From NCBI RefSeq assembly GCF_009914755.1, contig NC_060925.1: a stretch of 64,000 nucleotides of DNA; one strand, 5' to 3'. The stretch is from the human T2T-CHM13v2.0 reference genome, Homo sapiens. A model generated the notes under the pieces. It saw only the letters and a list, made by a program, of their open reading frames with translations, did no database searches and was not told the DNA's origin. A program made the position numbers and the translations under genes. Of this stretch, positions 1-13,804 are shown one piece after another. Each line of letters starts with the position of its first letter. The stretch's first letter is position 1.

Positions 1-84
1 AAGCACATGTCAATCCCAGACATTAAAATACAATATATATTGATATTATATATTTATATATTACATATTTTATTGTCTTTCTTT

Positions 85-205
85 CTCCCTAGAATGAGGA
101 AATCTGCAACCATAACCTTTGTTATTCACTGATGTATCCCCTAGTGCCTAGAAAAATGTCTGTACATAGATATTCAACAAATATGTGTTTAATGACTGAA
201 TAGTT
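85..205 (+). mobile_element. L2 LINE 3' end fragment
   Basis: 'ttcactgatgtatcccctagtgcctagaaaaatgtctgtacatag...aaatatgtgtttaatgactgaa' resembles the L2 3' terminus. Confidence 0.75.
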
Positions 206-274
206 AAGTGAAGCTTAGATAACCAAAGTAATAGTATAGAGGAGATGCAGACATCTGATGGGAAAACAAACTAA

Positions 275-720
275 ATGTTCCGCCTATCTATTGTTGCATA
301 ATAAACCTTCCCAAAACTAATAGCTAAAAACAAACAAAAAAATTGTTCACAAATCTGCAATTTGGGTAGGGCACAACAGGAACTTCCAGTCTCTGTTCTA
401 CGCAGTGTCAGCTCTGGGGTGGCCTGCCTGGGGCATAAGGATGCACTTTCAAGATGATTCATTCATATGCCAGAGTTAGCTGAGCTGGGGGCCTCAGTTT
501 TTCCTTACAGGGGTTTCTCTGCGACTGGCTTCCTCATGGCATTGTGGCTGGGATCCAAGAACAGGTATCCCAGCAGATAGGAAGTTGAAGCACCACTTCT
601 ACATTATCATATCATGTAGGTAGTTACAGAACCCAATTCAGTGGAAGGGAATGTAAACTCAACCACCTAATGAGATGAAAGCCAAATAATTTTAGGGTCA
701 TTTTTTACAGTCACCACACA
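275..720 (-). mobile_element. MLT1-family MaLR LTR (old; MLT1H/I/J-like)
   Basis: 'ctattgttgcataataaaccttcccaaaact...gggcctcagtt...cttcctcatggcattgtggctggg' is typical of antisense MLT1. Confidence 0.7.
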
Positions 721-892
721 AAATTACCTTTTAGCTATGTTTTACTGCCCTGGGATTTATAATTCTGCAATTTGCTTTATTGCAGAAGTTTTCAAAAGTC
801 ATGTGAGAGGAATTCACCTAATATTAAACTCAAACAATGATATAATCATCATTATCTAATAATACTAATATTAAAATTCTGATTGTGTATGA

Positions 893-1240
<348 letters not shown>

Positions 1241-1254
1241 TCTTTTTTTTCAGA

Positions 1255-1502
1255 ATTTAACATTTATATGGCACTTACTTTATACCAGGCACTGTTCTTG
1301 GTACATTAAGGATATAACCTAATTTAATTTTTTAACAATCTCATAAATTACATGCTATTATTATTTCCACTCTATAAATTGGAAAACCTAGCATGAAGAG
1401 ATTAAACACTTGCACAGTCACATAGCCTTTGAGGATGGAGTCAGGATTTGAACCTGTAGTCTGACCCTAGAGCCTGCACTTTTAACCACTGTGTTATGCT
1501 AT
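1255..1502 (-). mobile_element. MIR SINE
   Basis: 'gcacttactttataccaggcactgttc...ggatttgaacctg...ttttaaccactgtg'. Confidence 0.85.
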
Positions 1503-1583
1503 CACTTTCTTATTACATCCAGTGATACTGTAAAGTAAGCACTATTGTAATCTCATTTGACAGAAGAAAAAGCTGAGGTTTAG

Positions 1584-2142
<559 letters not shown>

Positions 2143-4049
2143 CTCATCTTCAGGTGCAGGGAAATAAGGGAGGAATGGAGAAATTGATAACATTAATAGA
2201 AGAGAGGATCCCTTTCTACACTGTGACTCTGGTTAACCTCTGAGGGTGCTGAAGCAGATGTCCAGAGATGACAAGATATATACATATTATTAGGAAAGAT
2301 TTCTGGATCTATTGTTAAATCATGAATACCAGCTCTATATTTTTCTGTCTTCCTTGGAGAAATCATTTTCCTTTTCTTTCTATGTCATGACCTGTTTTTC
2401 ATTGCAGCCACCATCTTCAGCCCAGCTGATAGAGGAGGAAGGTGAAGTGATGAAAGTCAATATCTACCCAGGGACCTTTTGTGGTTTAGTCAATTAATTG
2501 TTGGCTATGGGGAGAAGGGGAGTGGAAGAAGAGTGAAGAGGAAAGGAAGAAATGAAAAAAAAAGAAATCAACTAATTTCCCATACCTGTCAGGGTTCTTC
2601 TCAGCTTTTCCTATGAAGATGTCCCCTGTGGCCCATTTAGAGCCATTTACCAAAACTTTTTTGAGATTTCTTTGATTTTAACATCTGCTTTCCTCTTTCT
2701 TCCCTGCATAGTCCTATGCTTCCGGGAGGCATGGCAGTTAGCCTTTGATCTTGGTGCCTCTTGTTAGCTGCATGCTGTAAGTTATCCCCCTCCTCAAGCT
2801 AATTCTTGGCAATGATGAAATCTACATCCTTCCTTCTTCACTCTCTTTATCACAGCTTCCTATCAAGTTTGACATGAGTCAGACCAGCTATCCCCACAGA
2901 GATTCACAGAACTCACTAATACTTTAATAGGAACAGGAGCTTCATCCCATACAGAGTCCCAAAGATATTATGTTAATCCTATAAACCAACCATTCTAAAA
3001 GTCATAGAGGTCCCCCAAAAATCAGGTTATCAGTAAAAAATAAGTGTAGTATAAATTTCAAGCATAATCAGGTTAGGTAGGACAATTTTCTGTGTAATTT
3101 GCATCATCACCATTACTGTCATTACTTGATGTACCTCAACTTCAAATTTGGTATGATACTGATCTAAGTGTAGGAAGAGCTGAAAAATATACTAAAAAGC
3201 TAATTTGGGGGAGGCTAACTTGTTATAATTTAGAAGACTAAATTATAGAAGCCTCTAAAAGAGCATAAATGTATTCTTTTTATTAATAAGGCTTATAAAA
3301 TTATTATAATTACCCAATTTTATCTATTTTCTAGGGATATTTGCAAAATGAATAGACGATGATGATTTACAATAAACTTTTAAGTGTAAATTGAACATGT
3401 CTTCAAAATATTTTCTCCATTTTAATATTTTCAGGTGATATTTCCATCATGTAACATTCGTATTCAAACTGTTCTTTAATGATAGTGAGGACAAAGGTGA
3501 ATGTTAGACCGTCTCCTGGTCAAGTAATCATACATTTTGAATAATGAAGATTTTATTGTACTACCTTTCCACCCTTTGGGAAAACCCAAGTAATATGTAA
3601 AACATTTCTTCTAGTCAGTAGGAATTACTTCCTATATTTTGAAATTACTCTTTATTATAAGATTCCCAAAGGGAATCAGTACCCATTTCTGTTAACTCTT
3701 AATATCCAAGTGAATTTTTAATTCTGTGCCTTTTCCACAGCTGACATCCATTCCAGTTACATTTTAGTCATGCATTCTACTCTACATCATGTTTCTGGTA
3801 GCTATTCTTTGCCTCACATCTGGTAGGGAAGCTTATGGAAATATCCAATGTTAATATCAGACTGAATTAAAAGCTAGTTATAGGCATCTTACTTTTGAAT
3901 TATTTGATATTTAAGGGTTACTCATATCATAGCCCTTTCTAGATAATTAAGAGTAAACCTCATGAACCCATTGCTCCAGAAGAGGGCCATGGGAAGTAGA
4001 AAAAATCTGCTCCTATTTTTATAAGATTTATTAGTAACCAAACAAAGTG

Positions 4050-4051
<2 letters not shown>

Positions 4052-4080
<29 letters not shown>
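4052..4080. repeat. (CA)n microsatellite
   Basis: Pure AC run. Confidence 0.98.
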
Positions 4081-4082
<2 letters not shown>

Positions 4083-4301
4083 TCTAGAATAAAAAAGGAG
4101 AGAAGAGATAGTGTGGTTTTGGCTGAAATACTCAAAGTATAAAATGACCATGAAACTGAGAAGGTTGGCTTTAGATCCCTGATTTTTAAGCTGTTCTGTG
4201 GCCTAAAAATCGAACAATGTTCCAAGAACTGAGTAGAATCTAGGAAATGGAAGGAAACTGAAGCAGGAAGAGTCAGGGAAGACATTCAAAGGAATAAGTA
4301 C

Positions 4302-4668
4302 TGCTATGGTCTGAGTGTTTGTGTTCCTCTAAAATTCATATGCTGATATTCTAACCCCCAAGGCAATTGTATTAGGAGGCAGTGCATTTGGGAGTTATTA
4401 GGTCATAGGAGAAAAGCCCTCATGATTAGGATTAGTGCCCTTATAAAAGCAAGCTCAGAGAGCTGCCTTGCCCTTTTCACCATGTGAGGGCACAGCATGA
4501 AGGCAACATTTATGAACCAGAAAGCCAGACCTCAACAGACACAGAATCTGCTGGTGCCTTGATCTGGAGGACTTCCCAGCCTCCAGATCCATGAAAAATA
4601 AATTTCTGTTGTTTATAAGCTACCCAGCCTATGGAAATTTCTTATAGCAGCCAGAATGTACTAAGACA
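4302..4668 (+). mobile_element. MLT1A-like MaLR solo LTR
   Basis: TG...CA termini 'tgctatggtctga...ctaagaca'; 'aataaatttctgttgtttataagc'. Confidence 0.9.
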
Positions 4669-5579
4669 GTTCTTAATTGAATTTTGGAGGCAGGTGAAGA
4701 AGGACGAAGTTGGCAGAGAGAAGGAAGAATATCGTAGGCTGTGGTGATTAGAACTTGCTCAGAGTAGATTTCCTCCCCACTGGCATATGTTTTCAGAACT
4801 TCTTTGAAGGAAAGAAGTACACTTGTGGAACCTGGGCTAGGCTGTCCTCACCTAGCCCAGACAGAGGAACACCTTTGCTGACTCCATCACATGCTGCTGA
4901 TGGTGAAGGGCGAAGGTCCTGGAATGCCTTTCTTTGAGCCTCATCCCTCTTCATGACTTCCCAGAGAGAACTGTCAGTGAGGAGTTCTGGGCCATGAAAA
5001 ATGATCCTCTTCCCAGAGACTAGATTATTTCACTTAGAAAAAATCAAGCATCTTTTCTTCCTGAAAGCATTTGTCAATGGGACAGGACCTATTGCTCTCA
5101 AGGATGTCTCTGCCCCCTTTGGTGCCTGACCCCTGGAGATCTGAGATTCAACTGCTTGGCATTATTACAGACTCTGCTCTTCCCTACTACATATCTCCCC
5201 AGCAGTGTGTGGTCTCTTAGAGCTACAACCTACGCACACTATTCTCTGTAAGAGAGTAGCTCTCTGAGACAAATATTTTTCAACTTCTCCTGCCTGCCTC
5301 CAATGAATGAATAAACCTAGCAGCTGGTGTTTACACAGCACTTACCTTCGAGAGACCACAGAGCAATTTTCAGTGGCAGACTCTAATCCTTCCCCAGCTT
5401 CTGGGTAGCAATAAGTATTAATATTGTTCCCCTGAATATGGAAGATTGAGTCAAGGAACTTGCAACGGCTTGCTGAATAACACCTGTCATTTGATGGTTC
5501 ACTCATTCACTCCATAGTTTTTTCCAATTATGCCCTTATTATTGTACAATAAGGTATTTTCACATATATTAACTCTTTT

Positions 5580-5792
5580 TTTACCAAATTTGCTTGATAA
5601 TAAGAATAACCTGGAGCTCTTGTTAAACAAACAACTTCTATGATCCCTGTCCTGCACATTTTTCATTCAGTGGGTCTGAGATGGGACCTAGGAATTTATG
5701 TGTTTAACAAGCATGCCAGGGGATTTCCCCCCCTTTTGTGTGAAGTATAACATTCTCTGTGATTACTATCATTAGGAAAATTTTGGAAACTC
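5580..5792. mobile_element. MER5-family hAT-Charlie MITE (MER5B-like) within a MIR
   Basis: 'taagaataacctggagctcttgttaa...tttaacaagcatgccagg' quasi-palindromic MER5 structure. Confidence 0.7.
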
Positions 5793-6332
5793 AATTTATT
5801 TCATTTAATTTTTACAGTAACCCTGTGGGGTATTCTTATGCACCTTTATTTAGAAATAAATATGTGATCAGCATATCAATATGGGAGGCCCAGATATGAA
5901 ATCTCAGTTAATTCAATTCTAACTCTCAAAGACAAGAGATGGCAGCTGATTAATTTCTTACATTTCCAAGGTTTTCTCAACCACACTTTCTCGTTTAAAC
6001 AATTAAAGCTAAAGTTATTCATCTGAGGTTTGAACCATATACATGATTTCTGTCTAGATCCATGCCATAAATTAGTGCCAAAAGAGCCACAGAAACTATG
6101 AAACCATAGACATAGTTCAAAGTAAACTCTTTCCCTTTTCCGAAAACTTGATATCTTTTCTGCAAGCTTAAGCTCATCTTCTTAGCTCCCCCTTGGACTT
6201 TGCCTTATTTTTACCCAATTCATTCCATTATTGTTATTGTTGTTTTCTTCTCTCTCACTTTCTCACTGTCTCTCTCTCAATTTCTCACTGTCTCTCTCTC
6301 TCTGCCCCTTCTCTATCTCCCTCCTCTCTACC

Positions 6333-6695
6333 TGATATGGTTTTGCTCTATGTTCCCACCCAAATCTCACCGTGAATTGTAATAATCCTCACATGTCAGG
6401 AATGTGACCAGGTGGAGATAACTGAATCATGGAGGCGGTTTCCCCCATAATGCTCTCATGATAGTGAGTGAGTTCTCAGGAGGTCTGATGGTTTTATAAG
6501 GGGCTTCTCCCCACTTTGCTTGGCACTTCTCCTTTCTGCCACCATGTGATGAAAGATGTGTTTGCTTCCCCTTCTGCCATGATTGTAAGTTTTCTAAGGC
6601 CTCCCCAGCCATGTGGAACTGTGAGTCAATTAAACCTCTTTCCTTTAAATTATCCAGTCTCGGGCAGTTGTTTATAGCGGTGTGAGAACACTATG
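6333..6695 (+). mobile_element. THE1 MaLR solo LTR (THE1C-like)
   Basis: 'tgatatggttt...cccacccaaatctc...gtgagtcaattaaacctctttcc'; flanked by a CT-rich tract. Confidence 0.92.
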
Positions 6696-7099
6696 CTTAA
6701 CCCCCATCTCCCTCCCTCCTTCCCTCTTTCTCTTTCTCTCTAACTGCTTTTTTTTCTTGCTGAGATACTTCCAAGCCTAGCCTGTTTTTTTCCCTCACAA
6801 TTGCTTTGTGACCACTGATAGGGCTGCATGATTCCGATGCATAACCCTAAAATTCTATTTCTGAGGAGTCTGGAAGAATTTCTGTCAACCATAAGAGGGA
6901 GCATCAGCCTGCACATGATCCTAGGAAGGCCAGAAAGTCAGGAGCTCCTGTCTTCTGCAGTTTCCATGGCTCTTCTCACTTGCAAACTATCAGGCTAGGG
7001 AGTAGACCCACAAGCAACATTTTAAATCTGAATGAAAACTGAAACAATTCAACTGTTCAGAGGGTCCATAATAATCTAATTCCTGGTGTTACATAAATC

Positions 7100-7348
7100 C
7101 AGTAGTGTGCCGGTTATCTGGAAAAGAGTACGAAAGAAAGAAGAAAGGAGAAGGAAGGGAGATAGAAAGAGGAAGAGAGAGAATGAAAGCCAGATTTATT
7201 TATGTAGCATGTACATGTTCAGTAGAGTAAATATGCTTAAGATGGCCAATTTCAAGCTACCAAAGATTTAACGACCAGCTTAAAAGATTCTTTAATATTA
7301 GCAACCAGCTTTTATAAGCTGGTGTGAGCCAGCTCCAGCATGCCACTG
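7100..7348 (-). mobile_element. MER63-family hAT element
   Basis: TIRs cagtagtgtgc / gcatgccactg; 'ggccaatttcaagctacca'; 8-bp TSD cataaatc/tgtaaatc. Confidence 0.8.
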
Positions 7349-7479
7349 TGTAAATCCAATCCCAGAAAAAATTAATTCACTTTCCCCAGATCTTCTAATG
7401 CTTTCTAGTAGGTGCTTTATATACTGGTACATAAAGGATTGATTATTATACCCCAGAGATGTTCTCTGCTATCCTATCA

Positions 7480-7745
7480 CCATGCCTTTCCTCATAATGA
7501 TCTATTTTCTAGAAATGCCCTTTTCCCTCATCTCTTAAAGACCTATATCAAATATTTCTTGGGTCTTCATAGTTATTGGCCTATAGCCCTCTTAAAACAT
7601 TTATGATGTTTAATCTTGTGTTAGAGCGACTTTTATACTTTTATCCCAATATTTACTGGATAAAAGCAGTATGTCTGTATTACCCTTGTATTCGTGCAGC
7701 ACTGAGTTCAATGCTTGGAGAAGAGTAGGCATTCAAAGCCATTTT
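7480..7745 (+). mobile_element. L2 fragment
   Basis: 'ctagaaatgcccttttccc...cagcactgagttcaatgcttgg...gtaggcattcaa'. Confidence 0.6.
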
Positions 7746-7967
7746 ACCAACCACCTATTATATGCTTTCAATATAGCAGGTATTAATCTAGACCCTAGAA
7801 CCCCGATCTGATTTAAGGAACGAGAAACCTTAAAATAGGGATCTGTGGAGAAATCCTAGTTTCAGATGTTAGTGGAAGTTAACTATTAACCCAAGATATT
7901 TGGAACAAGTTGATGACTACATTAAGCAGATAGCTTCCACCCAGACCCATTGGAATAATTAGTCTAT

Positions 7968-8191
7968 TAATGGTTAGCAACATTTTTCTATAAAGAAACA
8001 GGTAATAAATATTTTAGGCTTTCAGTCCTTTAAGTCTCTACCAAAACTATTCAACTCTTGCAATGTAGTGCAAAAGCAGCCATAAACTATACATAAACAA
8101 AATGAGCATGGCTGTATACCAATAAAACTTTATTTATAAACGCAGTTAATAAGCCAGATTTGTCCTACAAGCTGTAATTTGCCAACCGTTG
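7968..8191 (+). mobile_element. MER58A hAT-Charlie element
   Basis: 'aaatattttaggcttt...aaagcagccata...catggctgtataccaataaaactttattta...tttgccaacc'. Confidence 0.9.
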
Positions 8192-8299
8192 GCCCAGATA
8201 CTTTAAAGTACTGATTTCTAAACTCTCATGTAAATGGTTTCGTCTGTTTTCCTTTTAGTCATAATGTTTCTCTTTGCTATTTTAACTTATATGCTTCTA

Positions 8300-9445
8300 C
8301 CTTAGTCCATAATGCCTTCTTATGAATAATTCTTGCTTAAGTCTAGGCTTATTAAATACAATTACCACTCTATAGTTTAGCTCATCCAGGTTATTGCTAA
8401 TGCAGCCATTCTGAAAAACAGTATAAAGATATGTTACACCGACCTTGCCAATAATAATACTCCTTATAGACAATATATAAATGAAATTAAATGCCCATGT
8501 AATGCAAGGTGATACAGGTACTACTGGGATGCAACAATGACTGTCATGATGACACCTAGAGATAATATATTTACAGTTCTATTAAGATTGCATATATCTC
8601 TTTTGAAGTATCTGAGTTCTTTTTCCTATGAGGAAATGAGCACCTTCAGTGCCAACTCAGGACCAAGACTGCTTGTTCTGTAGTGCTAATAGCTAGACTA
8701 TTTCTAGTTTATGATTCACTGGTACCCTCAATGTACAGTTTCTTAACAAAGCATCTGTATGGATACAACCTTTCCTATGAAAATGAATAGTAATTGGTGA
8801 AACAAAGCCTAAGGGTAATGATCCCATTCATAGAAGCTGGAAAACTTGAAAAGGTCATCAAAAGTGAATTCTGTACTATGGCTCTTGTCCTGGATACACA
8901 ACTGACCTTTTAAAATTCCTTCAGCTAAGTAATTATGAAAAATAAACTAGCCTTAGATTTTCTCCTGGCCAATTAGAGGAAATCAGTACTATTTCATAAT
9001 TTATGTTGAACCTGAATTAACAGCTTGGTTTAAATGGAGCAATTCATATCAAAACTAAAATAAAAGACAATCTATCCATCTATGGAAGACTCAAGGAGTC
9101 AGTGGAATTTGTTTTTTGGTCAATTCTCAGAAATTTTGGTTTATTATTTGAGAGTGTCTATCAGTTTCTTTTAATAATATTCTTTTTATATTTGTCATGA
9201 AATTGTTCAACATTTATTTTCCAAAGTCTTAAATGTTGTCATGTAGCCATCATCCCAAACAATGACTGACCAAATAACAAAAACAATGAAGAGGATGAAG
9301 CCATGCTGATTAACAGTTGAGTGAAATTTAGACATGTGCAAACAAAACCACATCTGCAAGGAGAATCAACAACTAGGATGAAAATATGGGTAGTCCTTGA
9401 TGTCTTCCCTCAAACTTTAGTTGAGGAAATATGTAAAAGGGTGAT
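8300..9445 (+). pseudogene. Degenerate class I ERV env remnant (SU end / TM) and 3' internal region
   Basis: Frame from 8809 reads LRVMIPFIEAGKLEKVIK...VIMKNKLALDFLLAN*...LC*T*IN: fusion-peptide-like stretch, immunosuppressive-domain motif, decayed CX6CC. PPT-like 'aaaagggtga' precedes the LTR. Many stops; 5' boundary approximate. Confidence 0.75.
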
Positions 9446-9994
9446 TGAAAAAAATTTTTAACTTCCCACACTCCTACAAGAAGACTAATTGTTCTAAAGC
9501 CAGGGTAACAAATAGTGACCAGAATAAGTTTTAAACCTACTTAATCAATGAGTAAGAGTTCCACAGCCATAAACCATCTGAATTTGTTTTAAACATATTT
9601 AAAATGTTTAACCAAATCAAATTAAAATGTTTCCTTAAATCAAATACAACTTGTTTAATGAACATGTTTCTGTAAGTCAATCAATTAATGACAACCCCTT
9701 GCTTTTGAAGGTCAGCCAGTCAGAAATGGACTCATTTCAAAAACATACTTCCAAATGCCACATAATCAAGAAAAGTCTTCTTCAAATAACCACATTTCTA
9801 CAGTTGACAACAAACTAGTCACCACTCTTTTGAACTCTATGCTTTTTACAAATCCTTATACAAGATAAACTGTTTTCCTGCCTGGAAAAACTGTGACCAA
9901 ACAGCCTAGATATCCTTCACTTAGCCAAGCAATAAATTCAGCATGTTTTGTTTATTTGTCTCATCATTTTGAGTGATAGCTTCATTCTTTGAGA
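9446..9994 (+). mobile_element. ERV1 3' LTR (MER89/MER110-like group)
   Basis: Begins TG after the PPT; repeated 'tcagccagtcag/gtcaatcaat' CCAAT-like motifs; 'gcaataaattcagc' polyA signal; ends 'ttctttgaga'. Confidence 0.65.
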
Positions 9995-10400
9995 AGATGG
10001 AGAAATGGAACAAGACAGAAAGGGTATTCCAGGTACTAGAAATAGCATGGGCAAAGACGTGGAGGCACGAAAGTATTTGGTGAGTTCAGGAATGTAGAAC
10101 CCTTGTAGTAGCTTCTTGGAGTTGGAAATGTCAGTTGAAGACAGACTTTGAACTTCACAGGCCAATATAAGAAGTTTATATTTTATCTGCTGAGCTTTGA
10201 AGGCACAATGAATATTTTAAAAGGCAAATATTATAAATAAATATAAGTTTTAGGAGCTAAAAATGCAGTGTTAGGATTAGTGGTTGAAGTGTCTGTGACA
10301 TATTCAATAATTATATAATTATGGTAATCTACCTCTATAATAATTAAAGAAGTAGATCCTACTGAATTTATGATCTACTAAATGAGAGAGATAAAAAATT
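9995..10400 (-). mobile_element. L2 fragment
   Basis: 'gtattccaggtactagaaatagcatgggcaaagacgtggaggc...ttttatct'. Confidence 0.7.
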
Positions 10401-12778
10401 AGAATAAAAGGTGAGAGAGGGAGTGGCCAAGATGGCCAACTAGAAGGAGCTAGTGTTCATGACTCTCATGGAGAAGAATGGAAGAGAAAAGTAAGCACAA
10501 CACCTTCAACTGAAATATCCAGGTACTCACTTTGGGACTAATCAAGGAAACAACTTGGCCCACAGAGAATGAAGAAAAGCAAGACAGGACAATAGCCCAC
10601 TGGGGAGCAATACAGAGCCAGAGGAACCTCCCCAGACCAGGGAAGCAGTGAGTGAAGGTGCAACCCTGGAAAACCATGCTTCTCCCATGGATCTTTGAAA
10701 TGCTTGGGTCAAGAGATGCCCTTGCAAACTTACTCCACCAGGCCTTCAGTCTGACAGAGCTATGTGGAAACTCAGCAGAGCGGCCACTCAGGCATTCTTG
10801 GAGACCCTGGAGACTTAAATACTCGGGCTTTCCAGCAAAAAAGCTGCATCTCCGGCCACATGGAAGATTAGACTCCTGTACATACCCCTAGGAAAGAGGT
10901 TGAATCCAGAGGGCTGAGCAGCGACAGCCTGCAAGCCTCACTGCCATTGCACATCACAAGATAAGACCCACTGGCTTGGAATTCCAGGCAGCAAATGATA
11001 GGGGCATTGCATCTCCCAGGGGGAGAAGTGGGTCACCATCTTTGCTGTTTGGATGCCTTAGCTGTTCCAGCCTATAGGCTTTAGAGGGTCCAAGTCAACA
11101 AAGAGTGGAAGGGATGCTCCAGTAAAACATAGCTGCTCTACCAAAATGTGGCCAGACTGCTGCTTTAAGCAAGTGCCCAATCTGTTCCTCCTCACTGGGC
11201 TGAACCTCCCAACTGGAGCCTCCAGACAACTCTGCCCATGTTCTCCAGCCAACAGAGAGTTGAATTCTTCCTGGGACAGCACTCCCAGAGGGAGGGGTGG
11301 TCTACCATCTTTGCTGTTTGGGCTCTGTAGCCTTTCCAGCCTCCAGGCTTCAGAGTACCTGAGGTGACTGGAGACTGAAGTGGACCCTCAGCTCAGCATA
11401 GCTACTTTACCAAAATATGGCCCAATTGTTTTGTTAAGAGAGTCTTCTGTCCCTTTCCTCCTCACTGGATGGGACCTCCCAGCTGGGGTCTCCAGCCACC
11501 TCCTACAGGTGCCTTTGGGATGACAACAGGCCCATACTTCCCTGGGATGAAGCTCCCAGAGGAAGGGACAGGTTGATATCTTTACAGTTTCACAGCTTTC
11601 ACTGGTGATACCTCCAGGTACTAGAAAATTTAAGGTGACTAGGTACTGGAGCAGGCTCCAAGTGTACGACAGCAGCCCTACAGAAAACTGGCCAGACTGT
11701 TACATGGATGCCCTTTCCCATATCTCCTTACTGGGCAGGCCTGGGCCTCCAGCCACCACCTGCCAGAGCTATTGAGCCAGTAGCAACTTAGCAACTCCTT
11801 GGATGGAGCCTCCAGGGGCAACTGAAAACCTCTCTGCCACTGCCTCTGCAGTGGAACTGCCACCTCAGACTAATGAAGGAGCAAAGACCCTACGTGCCTT
11901 ATCCACACCTCCAACAAGTGGCAGTCAACCTAATCAGAGGAGGCCAGTCCACCTCCCGCTGGTCCCACACCCCCATCACTTCTCATCACCAGAGAGGGCC
12001 CCTGGCTTGGGCCCACAGCACAGACCTTTCATCCTGTGCTGATTCTGCTGAGCAATTGCTGACCTGCATCTCTCTGGGATGGAGCCTCCCAGGAGACAAT
12101 CAAATGACCCTTGACCAAAACCACTACTAAGATCCCTTCCTCTGCTGCCTCCAAGTTGGGGAAGGAACATAAACAATAAGATTGCCCCAGAGCTGCAGCA
12201 GGCAGCTCAGGAGTGCCAAGTCACAATCTACAGCCAGCATTCAAGGGGAAGAGGAACCCATGCTTTCAGAGCATTGAGAGGAAACATGGCTGCAACTGTG
12301 AGGAAACAGGGAAGCCACACAACAAGCAAGAGTTTACCAACTGACTAATAAGCCTACGTGCCACCTGCTGGATCATACTGTAAAGGTTTATCACCAAAAA
12401 CACCTCAGTAACATACCTCTGCCGAAACCAGAGACAAGAAGGTAGCTTCAAATAAAGACCCTGCACAAAGCCTAGGCCTGGCAAAAAACATCCAGAAAAG
12501 AAGTCTATTGACTACCCAATCTACACTGCAGCTAAAACAACAGCCACATGTAGAGATAAGAAAGAATCAATGCAAAAACACAAAGAAATCCCTGTTTGAG
12601 GGTCTGGAGTGAATCTCCAGGAAACTCCAACAGATCTGCAGCTGAGGAACCTGACTGTTAGAAGGAAAACTAACAAACAGTAAGGAATAGCATCAACATC
12701 AGCAAAAAGGATATCCACACCAAAACCCCATCTGTAGGTCACCAACATCAAACACCAAAGGTAGATAAAACTACAAAG

Positions 12779-13804
12779 ATGGGGAGAAACCACAGCAGAA
12801 AAGCAGAAAATTGCAAAAACCAGAACGCCTCTTCTCCTCCAAAGGATCAAAGCTCATCACCAGCAACGGAAAAAAACTGGATGGAGAATAACTTTGACAA
12901 GTTGACAGAAGTAGGCTTCAGAAGGTTGGTAATAACAAACTTCTCTGAGCTAAAGTGGCATGTTCTAACCTGTATCAAGGCAGCTAAAAACCTTGAAAAA
13001 AAGGTCAGATGAATGGCTAACTAGAAAAAACAGAGTAGAGAAAACCTTAAATGACCTGATGGAGCTGAAAACCATTGCACAAAAACTTCGTGACGCATGC
13101 ACAAGATTCAATAGCCAATTCAATCAAGTGGAAGAAAGGATATCAGTGATTGAAAATCAAATTAATGAAATAAAGTTAGAAGACAAGATTAGAGAAAAAA
13201 GAGTGAAAAGAAATGAACAAAGCCTCCAAGAAATATGAGACTATGTGAAAAGACCAAATATACATTTGATTGGTGTACCGGAAAGTGACAGGGAGAATGG
13301 AACCAAGTTGGAAAACATTCTTCAAGATATTATCCAGGAGAATTTCCCTAACCCAGCAAGGCAGGCCAACATTCAAATTCAGGAAAAACAGAGAACACCA
13401 CAAAGATACTCCTCAAGAAGAGCAACCCCAAGACACACAATTGTCAGATTCACAAAGGTTGAAATGAAGGAAAAAATGTTAAGGGCAGCCAGAAAGAAAG
13501 GTTGGGTAACCCACAAAGGGAGGCATATCAGACTAACAGCAGATCTCTTGGCAGAAACCCTACAAGCCAGAAGAGAGTGGGGGCCAATATTCAACATTTT
13601 TAAAGAAAAGAATTTTCAACCCAGAATTTCATATCCAGCCAAACTAAGCTACATAAGTGAAGGAGAAATAAAATCCTTTACAGACAGGCAAGTGCTGAGA
13701 GATCTTGTCACTACAAGGTGTGCCTTACAAGAGCTCCTGAAGGAAGCACTAACCATGGAAAGGAAAACTGGTACCAGCCACTGCAAAAACATGCCAAATG
13801 GTAA
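12779..13804 (+). pseudogene. L1 ORF1p pseudogene (frameshifts, stops)
   Basis: ORF track fragments MGRNHSRK..., ...RNEQSLQEI*, RPNIHLIGVPE...REWGPIF. Confidence 0.92.

Noticed and set aside
3435-3496. Exon-like segment (tttcag|gtg...aag|gtgaat)
   Set aside because: Stops in all three frames and a modest donor; no supporting evidence
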